Shown here: one piece after another, positions 16,817-26,773 of the stretch
Numbering within the stretch: the stretch's first letter is position 1
How the letters are laid out: every line of letters begins with the position of its first letter
Origin: a virus
Taxonomy: Duplodnaviria; Caudoviricetes
DNA: 64,000 nt
Virus record (IMG/VR): IMGVR_UViG_3300030744_000156
Location: 1 to 64,000 of that record
Strand: one strand, 5' to 3'
Made by a program: the position numbers and the translations under genes
Notes under the pieces: model-generated
Seen by the model: only the letters and a program-made list of their open reading frames with translations
Databases searched by the model: none
Told to the model about the DNA's origin: nothing

Positions 16817-17680
16817 TCACGCGACACGCGCCGGGAGGTACGCGGGAAACTCGACGTGCTCACGGCCATCCAGCAGCGAGCCGCCTGCCTTCGACGTGTG
16901 ACCGCCGACCTGCTTGAAGAAGAACGGCACCTCTGCGCTCGTGCACTGATCTCGCAGGGACCGCGCCCAGTCGAGGTTCATCGGACGGGCCTTCGATCCG
17001 GACTCTCCACCGCAGATGATCCAAGAGATCGCTGGGCCTGCGACCCACTGCTTGCCGTTGCCGTAGATGTCTGTGTCCGGGGTGTCCAGCCAGTAGCCGC
17101 GCTGCTGGCGCTCGAACCGGCGAGGCAGGTACATGCTCAGGTCAAGTTCGCCGAGTAGCGGCTCACACGAGAGGAACCGGACCTTGGCCGGCAAGCTCGT
17201 GAGGATCGGGATGCGCTGCTGCGCAAAACGCTGGTTCTCGACCGACGTGCCGATCCACACGGTGTCTGGCCAGGCGTCGCCCCAAGGCGCCATGGCGGCG
17301 ACGTTCTCGATGCGCTTGGTGAGCAACTGCCAGCGCAGCCACGGCGTCTGCTCGATCAGGTCCCACAGTCGCGCCCGTGCCTTGTCGAGTTCGGCGTTGA
17401 CCTCAGGAACAGGGTGCTGCTCGAAAACGTCCGACATGGAGGCGCAGAACACCAGCGCGGGCGTGCCGTCGCGCTCGGCGTCGCGGTTCCACTTCAGCGG
17501 CTTGCGCCAGTTGTCCTCGCCCAGCATCCGGCGTGGACCGCCGCGCCGCCACAGCTCGTGGCCCCAGCGGTGCGCGAGGGTGTCGGCGTAACAGAATCTG
17601 CACGCGGGCGAGACGCGTGAGCATCCCCACCACGCGTTGAACGTGTGGTCCGTCCACTGGATCGCGGTCTCGTCAGCCAC
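16817..17680 (-). CDS. DUF5131 (phage Gp37/Gp68, radical-SAM-like) protein
   Basis: IQWTDHTFNAWWGCSRVSPACRFCYA, SMSDVF, QLLTKR, WIGTSVENQ, FLSCEPLL, WIICGGESG, FFFKQVGG. Confidence 0.9.
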   Translation of the reverse strand: MADETAIQWTDHTFNAWWGCSRVSPACRFCYADTLAHRWGHELWRRGGPRRMLGEDNWRKPLKWNRDAERDGTPALVFCASMSDVFEQHPVPEVNAELDKARARLWDLIEQTPWLRWQLLTKRIENVAAMAPWGDAWPDTVWIGTSVENQRFAQQRIPILTSLPAKVRFLSCEPLLGELDLSMYLPRRFERQQRGYWLDTPDTDIYGNGKQWVAGPAISWIICGGESGSKARPMNLDWARSLRDQCTSAEVPFFFKQVGGHTSKAGGSLLDGREHVEFPAYLPARVA

Positions 17681-18404
17681 GGTCGGCCTCCTTGTCTTCG
17701 CTCGCGGGCGTGTGCTCGGCGACGAATCGTTTGATGCGCGCCTGATAGCACTCGCCTTCGCTGAAGTCCATGTGCTCCTGGCAGTAGCCGTGGTGGTCAA
17801 GCGAGCACGGGTCCGTCACGATCGCATCGTCGAGCAGATGCATGGCCTGGGCCAGGAGCCCCTGCAGGTGTTTGGTTTCCTGGTCGGCGCGCTGCCGTGC
17901 TTCGTGCGGCGTGAGGCCGTTGGGGCGTACGACGATCAGCGAGTACCGCTCCCTGGTCGGCTCGTGCACCGCGTCCCACGACAGGTAGTTGCCTGCACCC
18001 GTCTCCTGGAAGGCGGGCACGAACACAGCGAGCAGCTGCTTCGCCATGTCCTCGGCGGCCAGGGCTGCTGCGCCGCCGACGCTTGCGGTCCAACCGGTTT
18101 CGTCGCGGCTCAGTTGGGTGACGGTGGTCGGCGTCTCTGCGTCGTCTGCGTTGTCTGGTTCGGCAGGGTTCGCTTTGGGCCTCGCGACCGTGAGGATGTT
18201 TGCCGCCTGCCGCAGCACGGCAACCGCTTGACGCTCCGACTGTCCTTCCCGGGCAACGATCGTCGCCGCAGCATCTCCGCCGTTGCCGGGCACGAGCATC
18301 GCCCCGCCGAGCGCTGCGTCGAGGACGTTACCGACGGCACTGAACAGGTCGATGGACTGGCCGGACGGAATCCGCGCGATCGCGACTTCCTGTCGGGGTG
18401 CCAT
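17673..18404 (-). CDS. Hypothetical protein
   Basis: ATG coupled to the PNKP stop. Confidence 0.55.
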   Translation of the reverse strand: MAPRQEVAIARIPSGQSIDLFSAVGNVLDAALGGAMLVPGNGGDAAATIVAREGQSERQAVAVLRQAANILTVARPKANPAEPDNADDAETPTTVTQLSRDETGWTASVGGAAALAAEDMAKQLLAVFVPAFQETGAGNYLSWDAVHEPTRERYSLIVVRPNGLTPHEARQRADQETKHLQGLLAQAMHLLDDAIVTDPCSLDHHGYCQEHMDFSEGECYQARIKRFVAEHTPASEDKEADRG

Positions 18405-19324
18405 CAGAACGCTCCTTCTGCTACCTGGAGCACCGTGAGGCCGATCGACCTCCAGGCGCGGCAAACCCTGTCGCGGTCGTCGAAGACACACGTGACGCGG
18501 AAGCGGTCGCGAATGTGCGCGTCGAACAGTTCGAGCTTGATCAGGTCATCGCGGCGAAGATCCCCAGCGGCACGCATGAACAGGCCGGCGCGCGGGATGT
18601 CGACGTGCTCGTCGAGCCACGTCTCAGTCACGGCACGGTAGGTCTCGTCGCGGCCGGAACAGAACACGACCTCATGCCCGGTGAGGAACATCGACCGCAC
18701 CGCGGTGATCACCGCGTCGTTGGGCTGGTCAAGGTGGTACCTGCTGGCGTCGAACGGGTCCCGGATGCTGTGGTGCAGGGCCACCGTCCCGTCGATGTCC
18801 ACCATCACAGCCGCAGGCAGCGACAGGTTCGGCGTGTACGGGCGCCCAACAGCCCCTTCGCCCGGCGCGGGAACGGGAAGCGGGAGAACGCGGCCCGCGA
18901 GGAACTTCCGGTGCAGCGTCCGCACGACGTCCTCGCCGACCCGCGCCTGGCCGTTCCGCTCTGCGTCGCGTCGGATGCACTCGTCGAGCGGCACATCGGT
19001 GAGGTCGCGCACCGCGAAACCGGCGCCGCAACGCCAGGCCAGCTCGGCGAGGTTCCGAAGGTTGCGCTGCCGCAGGTTGGTGTCATCCACGATCACGTCC
19101 ACTCCGACGCGGAGGAGACGTTCGATGGCGGCGTGCTGGGCGATAGTGACCTGGTCTTCGCAGACCGGGTCACCGAAGCGCGGCGTGCCGTGCAGCATCT
19201 GCCTGTAGCTGTCACGGTTGCAACGCACCAGCGTTCCGGGTGCCGCAGCGTCGAGCATGATGAGTGCTTCGGTGGTCTTGCCGCATCCGGGCAGGCCACG
19301 GAAGGCGGTGAGGGTGGCGGTCAC
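18404..19324 (-). CDS. Polynucleotide kinase-phosphatase (T4 PNK-like)
   Basis: Walker A GLPGCGKTT with RD motif (CNRD), VDDTN; C-terminal HAD DIDGT, SGR, FDDR. Confidence 0.92.
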   Translation of the reverse strand: MTATLTAFRGLPGCGKTTEALIMLDAAAPGTLVRCNRDSYRQMLHGTPRFGDPVCEDQVTIAQHAAIERLLRVGVDVIVDDTNLRQRNLRNLAELAWRCGAGFAVRDLTDVPLDECIRRDAERNGQARVGEDVVRTLHRKFLAGRVLPLPVPAPGEGAVGRPYTPNLSLPAAVMVDIDGTVALHHSIRDPFDASRYHLDQPNDAVITAVRSMFLTGHEVVFCSGRDETYRAVTETWLDEHVDIPRAGLFMRAAGDLRRDDLIKLELFDAHIRDRFRVTCVFDDRDRVCRAWRSIGLTVLQVAEGAF

Positions 19325-20496
19325 GCGGTGTCCTCCGTCCGGTTCCAGAACGGCTTCTCGTGGGCGGGGTAGATCGCAGCCCACGCCTGGGCGGTGACGG
19401 GCTTGCCGTCGAGGGCGGCGAAGACGAGGCCGCGGTGCGGGTGCTGCATCAGCTCGGCGGCCGAGGTCTTGCGCGGCAGCGGTGCCAGCCGCTCGGCGGT
19501 GGCGTGCACCTCGGCGAGAAGGGCAGCGGCCGCCTCGCGCTGGGCCTCGATCGTGCGGTCGATCCAGGCGAGGAACTCCTCGGGAGCGGTCGCGCGCAGC
19601 GTGTCGACCCAGTCGGCGCCGGCGTCCACGATGGCCTGCGCGTCGACGGGGTCCAGGCGAAGGTTCTGCGCGATGCGCTTGATCGACATGTCCGGATGGG
19701 CAGCGAGCGTCGCGTGCACTGCAGCGCGGTCCCACAGTCGGCGCGCGGTGAAGCCGGTGACGACGCGATGCATGGCCACGTAGTCGGCCTGTTTGATCTT
19801 TACTCGCTGGTCGGAGGTGAGCAGGTGCACGACGAGCCCTTCGGCGTTCGGCCGCGGCTCGGCGGCCAGCGCATCAGCCAGCGAGGCGTGCGGGAAGGAC
19901 TCCACCACAGGGCCGGGCCAGTCGACGCCGAGGAAGCTCGCCCCCGCGGACAAGGTCTGTCCGGTCTTGATGTCGACGAGCCCGAGCAGGATCAGGTCGT
20001 CCATGGCGCCGTAGTCGAGAACGATCCGGTTCTCCGGGTACACGATCTCGAACAGCACCGTCACGCCCGGCGGCGGCGTCCAGTCGCCGTACTGGCGCCG
20101 GAACAGCTCGGTGGCGTGCTGCGCCTGCTCACTTGCGAACGAACCACGCGTCGCGATAGCCCAGCCAGCGGGTGTCGGGTAGAGGATCCCGAGGCTTCCG
20201 TCAGCCTTGTCCGTGACCACTACCGGCTCGCTGAAGTCGAGCGTGGCCGCCTCGGTCTCGTTGTGGTTGAAGAACTTCGGGAACGGCCTGGCGATGATCT
20301 CGCTGGTGTTCGAGTCGGCGATCAGCCCGCGGCACTGCCGGGTGACCGGGGTCCAGACGCGCTCGTAGGCGGCCTTCTCGGTGTAGTTGAAGATCGTGAA
20401 CGGGTAGGCGGGGTGTTGCTGTGCACGCACGTAGCCCTCGTCGATCGCGGCTTCGAGGTCGTGTACGTCGAACAGGTCGTCAAGGCGGGTGGTCAT
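19321..20496 (-). CDS. RNA ligase, T4 Rnl1 family
   Basis: NYTEKAAY, CRGLI, RPFPKFFN, motif I KADGSLG, ATRGSF, LFEI, EGLVV, VKIK. Confidence 0.9.
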   Translation of the reverse strand: MTTRLDDLFDVHDLEAAIDEGYVRAQQHPAYPFTIFNYTEKAAYERVWTPVTRQCRGLIADSNTSEIIARPFPKFFNHNETEAATLDFSEPVVVTDKADGSLGILYPTPAGWAIATRGSFASEQAQHATELFRRQYGDWTPPPGVTVLFEIVYPENRIVLDYGAMDDLILLGLVDIKTGQTLSAGASFLGVDWPGPVVESFPHASLADALAAEPRPNAEGLVVHLLTSDQRVKIKQADYVAMHRVVTGFTARRLWDRAAVHATLAAHPDMSIKRIAQNLRLDPVDAQAIVDAGADWVDTLRATAPEEFLAWIDRTIEAQREAAAALLAEVHATAERLAPLPRKTSAAELMQHPHRGLVFAALDGKPVTAQAWAAIYPAHEKPFWNRTEDTA

Positions 20497-21146
20497 GCGG
20501 TAGCTCCAGCGGACTCGGTGTTGTGGTTGGGGCAGTAGTCGCCGTTCTCGTCGCAGCGCCAGCCCTGGGTGCGCAGGAACGCGCGGGCGGTCTCGAACCG
20601 GGCCTCCTGCGGGTCGGCCTCGCGAACGAGGTAGTCGCCGCGTTCCTCGTGGCCGCACACGTCGCAGAACACGGCGACCTGACACGGGAACCGGGCCAAG
20701 CTGTACGGCGGAACAGAAGCGGCGCCGTGGCCGAGTAGCCAGCCGAACGTCGGGATGCCGAGACGGCTCGACTTCGCCGCCGTGTCCTTCGCACCCCGGC
20801 TGCCGGGTGCGAGGAACGCGTGCGTCTCGGTGATCGGTTCGCCCAGGAACATCTCGGCGTTGCGGTACGGGCCAGCCGCCGGGCAGTACTCCTTGCCGTC
20901 GCGGCCGATCCGGCGGTGGCGTGGTCTGCACTTCGGCCGGCATGGGCCGTGCCAGTCGGCTGGATTCGGCTCGTCGACGCCGCCGAGGTCACGCCAGATC
21001 GCCGCCCCGTCCTGGTCGCCGTCCGGGCAGTCACCGTGCACGAGCACCGCATCCGGATAGCGGCAGCGCACGACCGTGAAGACCTCGCGCACCGTGGCAA
21101 AGTCGGTGTAGCCGCGGGCGAACGTGGCGAGGATGCGGGGCGTCAT
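20493..21146 (-). CDS. SLOG-superfamily (DUF2493/YspA-like) protein
   Basis: VLVHGDCPDGDQ...AAGPYRNAEM...AFLAPGSRGAKD. Confidence 0.7.
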   Translation of the reverse strand: MTPRILATFARGYTDFATVREVFTVVRCRYPDAVLVHGDCPDGDQDGAAIWRDLGGVDEPNPADWHGPCRPKCRPRHRRIGRDGKEYCPAAGPYRNAEMFLGEPITETHAFLAPGSRGAKDTAAKSSRLGIPTFGWLLGHGAASVPPYSLARFPCQVAVFCDVCGHEERGDYLVREADPQEARFETARAFLRTQGWRCDENGDYCPNHNTESAGATA

Positions 21147-22078
21147 GACGCGTCCCGGTAGAGCTTGTTCACGCGCTCGATCAGGGCGTCCCAGCTCGCG
21201 CTACCCCACGGCGCGGTCGCGGGATTGACGCCGACCGCGGCAGCCAACTCCTGGTACCTCTGCTGCTCGCGGGATACGCAGGCGTTGATCTCGTGGACCT
21301 GGTCCAGCATCTCGTCCCACGTCACGCTGGAGTCCTTGGTGCCGAGGATCTGCATCAACCGCCAGCGTGCAGCCCAGTCGGCGTCGGTCGTGCCACGTTT
21401 GGCGCAGATCAGGTTGAGCTTGCGTGCGCGTTCGACCGCGTCCGCGAAGGACAGCTTCAGCTCTGGCTCATCACCGCCGAGCGCGCCGACGAGCGCCTGC
21501 CGCTGGAGTTCGACCGAGCGGCACACGTCGTCGAACGCCTCACGCGTCGGCCGATCCGCGTGGCCTTCGTCCTGGCACCGCTTGGCGTTCCAGCCGTTCT
21601 CGACCATCGCGTCCAGCGTGTTCAGCCGTGACTCAGCCGAAGCGTCCAGCAGCATCCGCCACATCTGCGCGGAACTGAACCTGTCCCCGCCGTGCACGGT
21701 GAACGCCGCTCCCGCTTCGTACGCGGCCACCTTGGCTCGCAACTTCTTGAGCTCGCCCAGCAGGTCGTCTTCGGTGAACGCGGCGACGAGCGGGCCGAGC
21801 TGGCGGAGCCGTTCCCGGTGCTGCTCGTCTTCCGCGAGCAGCGTCTCGAACTCGGTGTTGCGTTCGTCGCGCTGTCGGCAGAGTTCGATGACCGAGGTCT
21901 TGAACTCGTCGCGCTCGTGCTTAGTTGCTGCGGCGAGTCGCCCGGCCTCCTCCGTGACAGCCTTGAGCTGGTCGAGGTCACTCAGCACGCTGCCGTTGGG
22001 CAGATCTCCAGTGATAGCGATCAGGAGGCAGGCGACCAGTGCCCGGAGTTCGTTGGCCTCGGAGGGCTGAGCGGTCAT
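21143..22078 (-). CDS. Coiled-coil hypothetical protein
   Basis: ATG start, coupled. Confidence 0.6.
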   Translation of the reverse strand: MTAQPSEANELRALVACLLIAITGDLPNGSVLSDLDQLKAVTEEAGRLAAATKHERDEFKTSVIELCRQRDERNTEFETLLAEDEQHRERLRQLGPLVAAFTEDDLLGELKKLRAKVAAYEAGAAFTVHGGDRFSSAQMWRMLLDASAESRLNTLDAMVENGWNAKRCQDEGHADRPTREAFDDVCRSVELQRQALVGALGGDEPELKLSFADAVERARKLNLICAKRGTTDADWAARWRLMQILGTKDSSVTWDEMLDQVHEINACVSREQQRYQELAAAVGVNPATAPWGSASWDALIERVNKLYRDAS

Positions 22079-22491
22079 GCGGCAGACTCCTTGATCGTTG
22101 TGGCGGCGGGCTTGTCGATCTGCCACGGCCCGTACAGGCGCATCTCCGTGCGGTGCGCGGCGCCTGCCCCGGCGAGCCATCCGTCGGCGGCGAGCGCGTC
22201 GTCGAGCGTGTCGGCCGGGCACGCGTACTGGGCGTCGTCGGGGCTGTCGCCGGCGAGGAACGCTTCGTGCTGGACGAAGCGGCGGGCGCGGGCCGCGTAC
22301 GTGTTGATCTCATTGACGCGGGCTGCCCAGTGCTCGGCGAGCAGGCCGGCGAGTTCGTCGGTGGTGTCCTCGATCGCTGCGGCGGCGGCGAGGAGTTCGC
22401 GGCGCAGGTGCTTGGCGGCGAGCGGCGGCATGACGAGTGCGGTGTGGGCGGCGGCCTCGCGGATCGCGGCCACAGCCTCGACGGCGTTCAT
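22075..22491 (-). CDS. Hypothetical protein
   Basis: ATG start, coupled. Confidence 0.55.
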   Translation of the reverse strand: MNAVEAVAAIREAAAHTALVMPPLAAKHLRRELLAAAAAIEDTTDELAGLLAEHWAARVNEINTYAARARRFVQHEAFLAGDSPDDAQYACPADTLDDALAADGWLAGAGAAHRTEMRLYGPWQIDKPAATTIKESAA

Positions 22492-22586
22492 GCGTTCACC
22501 GTCGCGGGCGTGACTTGGCTGCCGTCCAGTCGGGCGTAGACCGTGCCGCCGTTGGGGAAGCGCCTGAACCACTCGACCTCGCTCAC
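22488..22586 (-). CDS. Very small hypothetical protein
   Basis: GTG after GAGGTG RBS; coupled on both sides. Confidence 0.35.
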   Translation of the reverse strand: MSEVEWFRRFPNGGTVYARLDGSQVTPATVNA

Positions 22587-23143
22587 GCGGGCACCTCGGT
22601 CCACTCGGTGCAGACCGACATGCGGGTGCGCTCGAACACCGTCGAGCCGGGCCACACGTGGTCGGCGAAGTCCACGGCCGAGCCGATGTCGTCGAACGCG
22701 TCGTGCGCGTCGCCGTCGGGGTGGCGCACCTGGTACTCGGGCCACGCCCGCATCTCGTCGTTGTCGCCGAGTGCGATGTCGGCCAGCAGTGCGCGGGCTT
22801 CACGGCGCCACGCCTCCCGGTTGTGCTCCGGGGTGGTCCGCCACAACTCGCGGGCCTCGGCGACGTTGGACTGGCGGCTCGTAGCGCCGCAGACCTTCGT
22901 GCACAGCATGCGCAGTGCGATCCGGTCGACGACGCTCAGCGGCTTGTCCTCGGGCTGCGTGGTGCGCAGCGACTGCGTGGAGAGCGACAGCCGCCCCTCC
23001 CACTCGTCACGGCCGATCGGCTCGTCGAACGACTTCGCGGGCAGCTGCTTGCTGCCGCGCCATCCATCCGGGTCCATGACGGTCACGCCGTCCAGGGCGG
23101 ACCACTCGGCAGGGGTGCGGAGTTCGGGGGCCGAGGCGTTCAC
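22583..23143 (-). CDS. Hypothetical protein
   Basis: GTG start, coupled. Confidence 0.55.
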   Translation of the reverse strand: MNASAPELRTPAEWSALDGVTVMDPDGWRGSKQLPAKSFDEPIGRDEWEGRLSLSTQSLRTTQPEDKPLSVVDRIALRMLCTKVCGATSRQSNVAEARELWRTTPEHNREAWRREARALLADIALGDNDEMRAWPEYQVRHPDGDAHDAFDDIGSAVDFADHVWPGSTVFERTRMSVCTEWTEVPA

Positions 23144-23922
23144 GCGTTCACCTCGGCACGGAACGACAGGACGGGCTGGTGGTCGCCGTCCGAGCAGGAT
23201 GAGCACAGGTCATGGGCTTCGAACACGGCGAGGATCGCCTTACGGGTGTCGTGGTCGAGGCGCAGCACGAAGTCTCGGGAGGTCTGCGTCCAGTCGACGT
23301 CGAGTTCACCGAGCCTGGCCGCGACGGACTGGGCGACGTCGAGGGGGTAGTCCCAGTTCTGCACGCGCAGCAAGGTTGCCTCGTGGGTGACACCCCAGCG
23401 GCCCTGCGACGGCTTCCAGGCAGCGCCGTCGAACGAGCCCGTGAGCGCCTGGGTGACGATCAGGCCAGGTGTGCGGGTGGGCACGTACGGCACGTCCTGC
23501 GTCTTGCCGTCGCGGGTGGTGATCTCGGCGGTGCTGAGGCCGGCGGGGATCGGCGGCTGCTTTTCGGTGTCGCCACCGAGCCAGGTCATCGGGTGGCCGT
23601 CGGCGATCTGCCTGGACCACTGCCAGTTCAGTTCGCCCGCAGTGTCGCCGTCTTCCATGGCCTGCTGGACCCATGCGGCGAGCCGGTCGGCTTCCTGCGG
23701 ATCGCGGCGGCGTAGTGCTTCGAGGAACACCACGGCGGGGAACTTGCCGATGTAGTGGGCGATCGCGATGTGGTTGGGGTTGCCGCTGTCGTCGACCATC
23801 CGATCGAGGAGGGACTTGGCGTCGGCGAGCGCTCGGCAAATGAAGTCCTCGGCGGTCTTGATCTCGACTACGGGCTGAGACGCGCTCTCCGTCTCGGCGA
23901 CGGCGGGGGGTTCCAGGGACAT
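23140..23922 (-). CDS. Hypothetical protein
   Basis: ATG after AAAGGA RBS. Confidence 0.6.
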   Translation of the reverse strand: MSLEPPAVAETESASQPVVEIKTAEDFICRALADAKSLLDRMVDDSGNPNHIAIAHYIGKFPAVVFLEALRRRDPQEADRLAAWVQQAMEDGDTAGELNWQWSRQIADGHPMTWLGGDTEKQPPIPAGLSTAEITTRDGKTQDVPYVPTRTPGLIVTQALTGSFDGAAWKPSQGRWGVTHEATLLRVQNWDYPLDVAQSVAARLGELDVDWTQTSRDFVLRLDHDTRKAILAVFEAHDLCSSCSDGDHQPVLSFRAEVNA

Positions 23923-23983
23923 GCGAGAGGGTCCTTTCGTGGCGCCCCGGCGAACTGGGGCAGGCAAACGGTGGGGTTGTTGA

Positions 23984-25345
23984 TCAGACGGCGCGCAGAT
24001 ACGGGGAACGCCCAGTTACCCGCTGGTACGGGCCGACCCAGAACAGGTCCAACACGCCCGTTCTGCCGCCGCGGTGCTTCGGGATGCGGAACTCGATCTG
24101 GTCGGCCGCCGTCTCGTCGTCAACGTCGCGGTGCAGCAGGATCACGATGTCGGCGTCCTGCTCGATCGCCCCCGACTCGCGCAGATCCGACAGCTGCGGG
24201 CGCTTGTCGGCGCGGCCTTCCGGCCCGCGGTTGAGCTGAGACAGGGCAACGACTGTGATGCCGAGTTCCTTCGCGAGCAGCTTCAAGCCGCGGGAGATCT
24301 CGCTGATCTCCTGCTGCCGGTTGTTGTCGCGATTACGGCCGCTGCCGCTCATCAACTGCAGGTAGTCCACGACCAGCAGCCGCAGCCCGCGGGCGGTACG
24401 TACCCGGTCACGGGCGACCGCCCGGATCGTCGCGAGCGACTGCTGCGCCGAGTCCACGATCTTCAACGGCAGCGTGCTGATCTGGTCAGCGGCGACCGCA
24501 AGGCGCTGTCGGTCATGTGCATCGAGCAGCTTCGGCTGCCGCAGACGTTCCAGCGCGACCGCAGCCTGGTCGGCAAAGATCCGCTCCATGAGCTCCGGCT
24601 CGGACATTTCCAGCGAACAGATCGTCGCGCCGAACCCGCGCTTCGCCGCCGCCACCGCAAAGTTCGTGCCGACGACCGACTTGCCGATACCGGGCCGTGC
24701 GCCGACAACGATCATCTGGCCCGGCCGGGTCCCGCCGCCGAGCAGCTCGTCGAGGTCCTGGATGCCGGTGGACAGCGGCGGCACCTTCGGCGCGTCAAGG
24801 CTGACCAGCCAGTCCTCGACGACCCGGTCGAACTCGCGGCCGTCCGTGGCGCGGCCGATGCCGGCTGCCTGCTCAAGGCTGGCTCGCGCCCGGTCGAGGA
24901 CCTCGTCGACGTCCGCGCCGTTGCCGTCGTTCCCGGCGTACTGCTGCAGTTGGATGCCGGTGGTGCCGACGAGCCGGAGCTTGTGGCGGCGCAGCACGGA
25001 CTCGACGTAGTGGGTGACGTTCGCGGTCACGTGCGGCGTGGCGATGAGCGTGTGCAGGTACGGGGCGCCGCCGACGCGCTGCAGGGTATTGCGAGTGGTG
25101 AGCTCGTCGGACAGCACGACCGGGTCGATCGGGCCGTTGACGCGGCTGAACACGTCGACCAGCGCCGAGAACACTTCCTGGTGTGCGGGCCGACGGAAGT
25201 GCTCAGCCTGCAGGCCGGTCTCAAGCACGTCGAGGACGGCGTTGCGCGAGAGCATCATCGCGCCGAGCACGTACTGCTCGGGGTCGATGTCGTGGGACAC
25301 GGGGTTGGTGCCGTCCCACTCGGTGTCTTCTGCGGTGTGGGTCAT
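23984..25345 (-). CDS. dnaB: Replicative DNA helicase, DnaB family
   Basis: EQYVLGAMML, F..PAHQ, GARPGIGKS, SLEMS, VVDYLQLM, LSQLNRGPEGRADKRPQLSDLRESGAIEQDAD. Confidence 0.95.
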   Translation of the reverse strand: MTHTAEDTEWDGTNPVSHDIDPEQYVLGAMMLSRNAVLDVLETGLQAEHFRRPAHQEVFSALVDVFSRVNGPIDPVVLSDELTTRNTLQRVGGAPYLHTLIATPHVTANVTHYVESVLRRHKLRLVGTTGIQLQQYAGNDGNGADVDEVLDRARASLEQAAGIGRATDGREFDRVVEDWLVSLDAPKVPPLSTGIQDLDELLGGGTRPGQMIVVGARPGIGKSVVGTNFAVAAAKRGFGATICSLEMSEPELMERIFADQAAVALERLRQPKLLDAHDRQRLAVAADQISTLPLKIVDSAQQSLATIRAVARDRVRTARGLRLLVVDYLQLMSGSGRNRDNNRQQEISEISRGLKLLAKELGITVVALSQLNRGPEGRADKRPQLSDLRESGAIEQDADIVILLHRDVDDETAADQIEFRIPKHRGGRTGVLDLFWVGPYQRVTGRSPYLRAV

Positions 25346-26502
25346 GCGCTGCTCCTGGTGGTGCGGTACGCGGTGCGGGCCAGGTACTGGCGGACGCGCT
25401 CGGCGCGGTGGTTGCGGAAGAACTGGGCTTTCCACTGCTGGTGCGCGGGCGTGCCGTAGTCGATGCCGTCGGGCGGGGCGGGCAGGGTCACGAGTGCCTT
25501 GCCGAGGACCGCGTCGAGTTCGGCGTCGGTGGGTTCGCCGGCGGTGTGACGGTGGGCCTGTTCGAGGTAGGGCTCGTACAGCTCGCCGTTGAGCCAGCCG
25601 GACAGGTCCTTGACGAACTGCGGGCGGGCGGCCATGTCGCGGGCGTAGGCGCGGGCTGCGGCGATGAGCGCGGTGTTGCTGACGCCAGCGGTCATGAGCT
25701 TCTGCCACGCCTTGAGTGCCTGCCCCTTGTGGCCGCGGTGCTTGCCGTCGCGTCGTGCGGCGGCTTCCCAGAGCGCCATGAAGTCAGCCGGGTAGGGGTC
25801 TGGGGTCTTCTTCGGCTTGCTCTTGGGTGTGGTGGTGGGCGGTGTGAGTTCGGGCAGGAGCGTGTCGCTGGACGCGCTCGCGCGCGTTGGTTGGTTCCTG
25901 GTGGTTCCTTGGTCGGTTCTCGCGGGCTCTGCGTCCCGGACATCCGGACTTAACGCCCCGGAATCCGGATTTAAAGTCCCGGACACCGCCGCATGTCCGG
26001 ATTCAACGCCCTGGATGTCCGGCCTGTGTGCCCCGGAATCGGGCGCGTGTCCGGGATTCTGCGTCCGGACATCCGGACTCTGAGTACCGGACAGCGAGTC
26101 AGTGTCCGGACGCAACGCCCCGGACGCGCGAGAGGTCTTCTTGCGCCTGCGGTCACGGTCGCGGTGATCCTGAACCTCAGCGTCGATCGCTTCCCGATCC
26201 GACACTGGACGCACCAGCTCCGTCTTCAGCGCCCACTCGGTAACCCCGTCGCCGCGCACCCCAACCGACTCGATCAACCCGCCAGCAGCGAGCCTGCCCA
26301 GCGCCCGCTGAACGGTCTTCATGTCCAGTCCAGTCGTGTACCGCAACAGCGCCAGCGACGGATGCGCCCTCGGCGGCGAGCTCGCGTCAGCGTGCTCAGC
26401 GACCGCGGTCAGCACAAACCTGGCGGTGGCGTCGAACTTGCCGGCCGCGGTGCGCAACATCGGCGCGCGGTGAAGGGCCCACTGAACGGCCTGCCAGCTC
26501 AC
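25342..26502 (-). CDS. Phage replication initiator / replisome organizer (N-terminal winged HTH)
   Basis: ARFVLTAVAEHAD...HPSLALL...GLDMKTVQRALGRL, internal repeat-rich linker, C-term F..LW.A...KGQALKAWQKL; directly upstream of dnaB. Confidence 0.8.
   Translation of the reverse strand: MSWQAVQWALHRAPMLRTAAGKFDATARFVLTAVAEHADASSPPRAHPSLALLRYTTGLDMKTVQRALGRLAAGGLIESVGVRGDGVTEWALKTELVRPVSDREAIDAEVQDHRDRDRRRKKTSRASGALRPDTDSLSGTQSPDVRTQNPGHAPDSGAHRPDIQGVESGHAAVSGTLNPDSGALSPDVRDAEPARTDQGTTRNQPTRASASSDTLLPELTPPTTTPKSKPKKTPDPYPADFMALWEAAARRDGKHRGHKGQALKAWQKLMTAGVSNTALIAAARAYARDMAARPQFVKDLSGWLNGELYEPYLEQAHRHTAGEPTDAELDAVLGKALVTLPAPPDGIDYGTPAHQQWKAQFFRNHRAERVRQYLARTAYRTTRSSA
25925..26130. repeat. Iteron-like repeat array inside the initiator gene (putative origin)
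   Basis: Many TCCGGA/CCGGAC units; GCGTC(C)CGGACATCCGGACT at 25931 and 26061; AACGCCCCGGA at 25952 and 26114; small AT patch GATTTAAAG. Confidence 0.6.
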
Positions 26503-26693
26503 GTCAGGTCCTCGATCTCCGCGCCATCGAGGATGGCGAGCAGCAGGACCGCGGTGTCGCGCGTGTACTCGCGGTGTCCGAGGACGGCCTTGGCGAGCTG
26601 CACTCGGTACCACAGGTCAGTGCGCGAGGGGACGCTGATGGGAGTTACCCGTGCGGCGGATATGCCGCGTTGAGGACTGTTTGAGACAATCAC
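26499..26693 (-). CDS. Small hypothetical protein
   Basis: GTG after AAGGAGG RBS. Confidence 0.55.
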   Translation of the reverse strand: MIVSNSPQRGISAARVTPISVPSRTDLWYRVQLAKAVLGHREYTRDTAVLLLAILDGAEIEDLT

Positions 26694-26737
26694 AGACAGC
26701 CCCTCCTTCCGTCCATGGCTAAGGAACGAGGTGGTGA

Positions 26738-26773
26738 GGAGTCGAGTGGGTGTTACCGGCACCCCTCGACTCC
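26738..26773 (+). terminator. Hairpin followed by T-rich tract on +
   Basis: GGAGTCGAG(T)GGGTG / CACCCCTCGACTCC, then GCTCTTTTCT. Confidence 0.4.
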
